The notes under the pieces were generated by a model, which was not told the DNA's origin, did not search any database, and saw only the letters and a program-made list of their open reading frames with translations. This document shows positions 60,963-64,000 of a stretch of 64,000 nucleotides of DNA, in pieces. Location of the stretch: the NCBI GenBank assembly GCA_003152315.1, contig PLZV01000037.1:41679-105678 (forward strand), given 5' to 3'. Source of the stretch: Verrucomicrobiota bacterium. Its GTDB lineage: Bacteria; Verrucomicrobiota; Verrucomicrobiia; Palsa-1439. The position numbers and the translations under genes were made by a program. Each line of letters begins with the position of its first letter. Within the stretch, counting starts at the first letter, position 1.

Positions 60963-61382
60963 CAGGGGAGCGACGAGGCCGAACCAGCGGGTCGGTGCAG
61001 CGGTCATGATTGGCGGCAAGGCGTCTTCTTCCGGACCAAAACGGGAACGGTAGTCGTTGCGCAGACGGCGCATGGTTAGCACTGCTGCCAGGATGCTGAT
61101 GTAGATGAGAACGCATGTCAGCATGGCCACGATAGGAATCAGCTGAAACACCAGTTGCAGTTGTTCTCCGAAGTGCAGGCGGGCGGGTTGCGGCGGCTGC
61201 GTCATCAGGCCGTTCGACACAATGGCGTAGGCGGTGAAGAGAAATGATTGTGACGCTACAAGCCACGAGAGCCGCTGCACGATCAGGTTGTCCTCATGTT
61301 CGATGCGCTCGCGGACGAGGTTGTAATACTCCAGCGCCGAGAGCGGGGTATTCATCAGGGGCGCATTCATGATTACGACCAT
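60906..61382 (-). CDS. Hypothetical 3-TM membrane protein
   Basis: '[13 protein letters not shown]...QSFLF' followed by hydrophobic helices; overlaps the 3' end of the convergent gene; start uncertain. Confidence 0.7.
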   Translation of the reverse strand: MVVIMNAPLMNTPLSALEYYNLVRERIEHEDNLIVQRLSWLVASQSFLFTAYAIVSNGLMTQPPQPARLHFGEQLQLVFQLIPIVAMLTCVLIYISILAAVLTMRRLRNDYRSRFGPEEDALPPIMTAAPTRWFGLVAPLLLPLVFTTIWLILWMHGQ

Positions 61383-61477
61383 TACACGGATTTCGGGCCG
61401 TGCGCCAGCTTAAGCTGAACCCTGCGTCGCGTGCGGAACTGCTTGCCGGGCGGCGGGCGCGTCGTTAGGATGCGCGC

Positions 61478-62152
61478 ATGTTTCGCGCGGAAAACTTCGT
61501 CGACCTGAAGCAGTTCTCCTTCCCGGAGTTATTCGACGGCTGCGAACACGTGTGGGTCGCGCTGAAGAAGCTGCCCGACTTTATCAAGCAACGCCTCAAG
61601 CCCGCGCGATTGTGCACGACCATCGGCGTACCGTACATCGCCGACGATGTATTTGTCGGCAAGGGGACGGTCATCGAGCATGGCGCGGTGATCAAAGGGC
61701 CGGCGATCATCGGCGAGAACTGCCAGATTCGCTCCAGCGCGTATATTCGGGGCGATGTGATCGTGGGCAATGATTGCGTGCTCGGCAATGCGTGCGAATT
61801 CAAGAACGCTGTACTCTTCAACGGCGTGCAAGTTCCCCATTTTAGTTACGTCGGCGATTCCATCCTGGGTTTCAAAACCCACCTCGGCGCAGGTGTGATT
61901 TTGTCGAACGCCAAGTCGATGAAAGGCAACGTCACGGTCAAGTATGGTAACAACATCGACACGGGCTTGCGCAAGTTCGGGGCGATCATCGGCGACGGCT
62001 GCGACATCGGCTGCAACTGCGTGCTGAATCCCGGCTCGATCATCGGGCGCAACTCGGTGCTCTACCCGAACATTCTTTGGCGCGGTGTCTGTCCGGCTGA
62101 CAGCATCGTCAAGTTGCGACAGCAGCTCGAGACCATCGTGCGTCGGAAATGA
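61478..62152 (+). CDS. Hexapeptide-repeat (LbH) acyltransferase, GlmU C-terminal-like
   Basis: 'IKGPAIIGENCQIR..AYIRG', 'PHFSYVGDSILG...LGAG', 'RKFGAIIGD...GCN.VLNPG'. Confidence 0.88.
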   Translation: MFRAENFVDLKQFSFPELFDGCEHVWVALKKLPDFIKQRLKPARLCTTIGVPYIADDVFVGKGTVIEHGAVIKGPAIIGENCQIRSSAYIRGDVIVGNDCVLGNACEFKNAVLFNGVQVPHFSYVGDSILGFKTHLGAGVILSNAKSMKGNVTVKYGNNIDTGLRKFGAIIGDGCDIGCNCVLNPGSIIGRNSVLYPNILWRGVCPADSIVKLRQQLETIVRRK

Positions 62153-62862
62153 ACCGCGCGTTGTTGATGTTGCTGATGGTCACGTCGACCGCCGCCGCGC
62201 AGACACAATTCCCTCCGCAGTCGTTCGCGCTTCTTCCGCAAAAGACTGATGGTGGCGTCCTTTTTCAGTGTTACGCGCCCGAGGCGCACGTTGTTTACCT
62301 GGCGGGTGATTTCAATGGTTGGGCCAACAATGTGGATGGTCGCATTACCAATTCCTCGTTCGCCATGAGCGGGCCCGACACCAACGGTGTCTGGCGCAAG
62401 ACCGTGAAGCTCGACGCGGGCGTGTATCGTTTCAAATTCAACGTGAACGGCGAGGGGAATGGATGGTTTGCGCCCGATTCAATTGACGAGCTGGATGGCG
62501 ACAAGAATGCCATTCTCCACATCAGTGCCTCCGGTGACGTGCTCATTCCCAGCGCGCGCAACCCGAAGTGGAAACCGCAACGCACCGCAGGGGGCGTGCT
62601 CTTCACGTGCTACGCGCCGAAGGCGCACCTGGTCTATCTCGCGGGCGATTTCAATGACTGGGGCCACAATCGCGACGGTCTCGTTTTTGACCCGCAGTTC
62701 ATCATGCACGGCCCGGAGGGCGACGGCGTTTGGCGCACGGAAGTCGAGTTGAAGCCGGGCCGACACCGCTACCAATTTGTCATCGACGGCGACCATTGGA
62801 TTGCCGATCCAAACGCCTACGAGACCGACAAGGAAAACCGTTCCGTGGTGGAGGTGAAATGA
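62149..62862 (+). CDS. Secreted protein with two CBM48/AMPK-type glycogen-binding domains
   Basis: Two 'F.CYAP.A..VYLAGDFN.W...GVW...L..G..Y/RF.F..' repeats; signal peptide. Confidence 0.88.
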   Translation: MNRALLMLLMVTSTAAAQTQFPPQSFALLPQKTDGGVLFQCYAPEAHVVYLAGDFNGWANNVDGRITNSSFAMSGPDTNGVWRKTVKLDAGVYRFKFNVNGEGNGWFAPDSIDELDGDKNAILHISASGDVLIPSARNPKWKPQRTAGGVLFTCYAPKAHLVYLAGDFNDWGHNRDGLVFDPQFIMHGPEGDGVWRTEVELKPGRHRYQFVIDGDHWIADPNAYETDKENRSVVEVK

Positions 62863-64000
62863 TGAGGTCGCGTTTCGCTTCGCTACGAGTGACAGTCCTG
62901 GTGCTGGCGCTCGTTGGTTGCGCGCAGACTGGCCGACGGCAAGGCGAAGCTCCGTCCCAACCGCCGGTTGCGTCACGCGTCGTGCGCCTTATCTACGCCG
63001 ACCCATCCCACGGTTATCCACTCGCGGATACCAACGGTGTGACGCCGCTCATTGTCGAATTCAGGGACAACGTGCTGCACAGGAAATTGGCAGGCGGCGA
63101 AGCGCTTTGGGGTTTCGGTGAACGCTTCGATGCGCTGAACATGCGCGGGCGAACGATGGAAAGCTGGATTGTGGACGCATGGGGCGGAGGAAGCCGCTCG
63201 TACATTTGCGCACCGTTTCTTATCAGTAGTGCGGGATACGGGTTATTCGTGAATTGCACGGGCAAGGTGCGATTTGACTGCGGCGCAACGAGCACGAATG
63301 AACTGCGTATCGAGGTTCCCGAGGCGGGACTGGATGTGTTCGTATTCAAAGGCACGCCGCGCGAGATCCTGGCCGAGTACACGAAACTCGTGGGTCGACC
63401 ACGGCCGGTGCCGGATTGGGTGTTCGAGCCGTGGATTTCGCGCAACTCGTACCTCTCGGAGTATGAGATCGACCGCGTGATCGACAAGATGGAAGCGCTC
63501 GGGCTCAAGGCGAGCGCGGTGGTGCTGGAAGCGTGGGCGGAAGGTTTGCAGGATTTCCGTTTCGAACAAGGACGATATCCGAATCCGAAAGAGTGGATCG
63601 AGAAACTGCACGGGCGCGGCTATCACGTTGTCTGCTGGGAGACGCCAAGTCTCTGGGATAGCGCGAGCACCTACCCGGAGGCCAGCACGAATGGCTATCT
63701 CGTGTTGAAGCCCGACGGCAGCGAATTGCGAGTGGACTGGCTGGAGAATGCGGTGAAGATCGATTTCCGCAAGGAGGCGGCGCGATTGTGGTGGCAGAAA
63801 TTGCAGGAGCCGCTGATTGCGATGGGTGTGGACGGCTTCAAGACCGACGGCGGCGAACGGATGCCCGACCCGTGGTTTCATAATCTGCATCCGTTTTATT
63901 ATCAGCGGGCCATGTTGGATGCGTTCCAGGACCTCGGCAAGGTGGGTGTGACGTTTGCGCGGTCTGGCACACCGCCCTGCGCGGGAGACTCGACGTTCTG
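62859..64000 (+). CDS. GH31 alpha-glucosidase/xylosidase-family lipoprotein (partial, runs off the window)
   Basis: Not in the ORF track because there is no stop; my translation from ATG 62859 gives lipobox 'LVGC', 'WGFGERF', 'PFLISSAGYGLFVN', 'GVDGFKTDGGE' nucleophile motif. Confidence 0.85.
   Translation, partial: MMRSRFASLRVTVLVLALVGCAQTGRRQGEAPSQPPVASRVVRLIYADPSHGYPLADTNGVTPLIVEFRDNVLHRKLAGGEALWGFGERFDALNMRGRTMESWIVDAWGGGSRSYICAPFLISSAGYGLFVNCTGKVRFDCGATSTNELRIEVPEAGLDVFVFKGTPREILAEYTKLVGRPRPVPDWVFEPWISRNSYLSEYEIDRVIDKMEALGLKASAVVLEAWAEGLQDFRFEQGRYPNPKEWIEKLHGRGYHVVCWETPSLWDSASTYPEASTNGYLVLKPDGSELRVDWLENAVKIDFRKEAARLWWQKLQEPLIAMGVDGFKTDGGERMPDPWFHNLHPFYYQRAMLDAFQDLGKVGVTFARSGTPPCAGDSTF

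Noticed and set aside
63014-63890. Minus-strand ORFs at the window end
   Set aside because: Shadows of the plus-strand GH31 gene, which is missing from the ORF track only because it lacks a stop

Overview
Bacterial genomic DNA, most likely Verrucomicrobiota. This is inferred from the PEP-CTERM protein, prepilin/H-X9-DG proteins, choice-of-anchor repeats, C-terminal '...FYR' sorting-like domains and a membrane-anchored ECF sigma factor. The first ~25.9 kb is an integrative, probably mobilizable island. It carries two large serine recombinases, two coupling-protein-like ATPases, a replication-relaxation protein, a primase, ArdC, a Patescibacteria-style surface-protein cassette and two highly structured non-coding regions. 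The most notable cargo is a CBASS-type-II-like conjugation operon (E2-E1 fusion plus JAB peptidase) with no cyclase and no effector. In the cyclase position is a small DUF3892-like protein ending in a CD-NTase-like ...GGGRHG tail, and a divergent CapH/CapP-like HTH + HEXXH metallopeptidase pair sits next to it. The rest of the window looks like host chromosome: tandem pilin-like genes, secreted glycan-binding proteins sharing a LacI-type operator, a triply frameshifted ~1290-aa surface gene before an MdoH-like glycosyltransferase, tRNA-Leu and tRNA-Gly, DUF2339/DUF3999, aas, ECF sigma factors, ltaE-DUF6421, a YyaL-like protein and a CBM48/GH31 cluster running off the end. All family assignments come from motif recognition by eye; no database searches were run.
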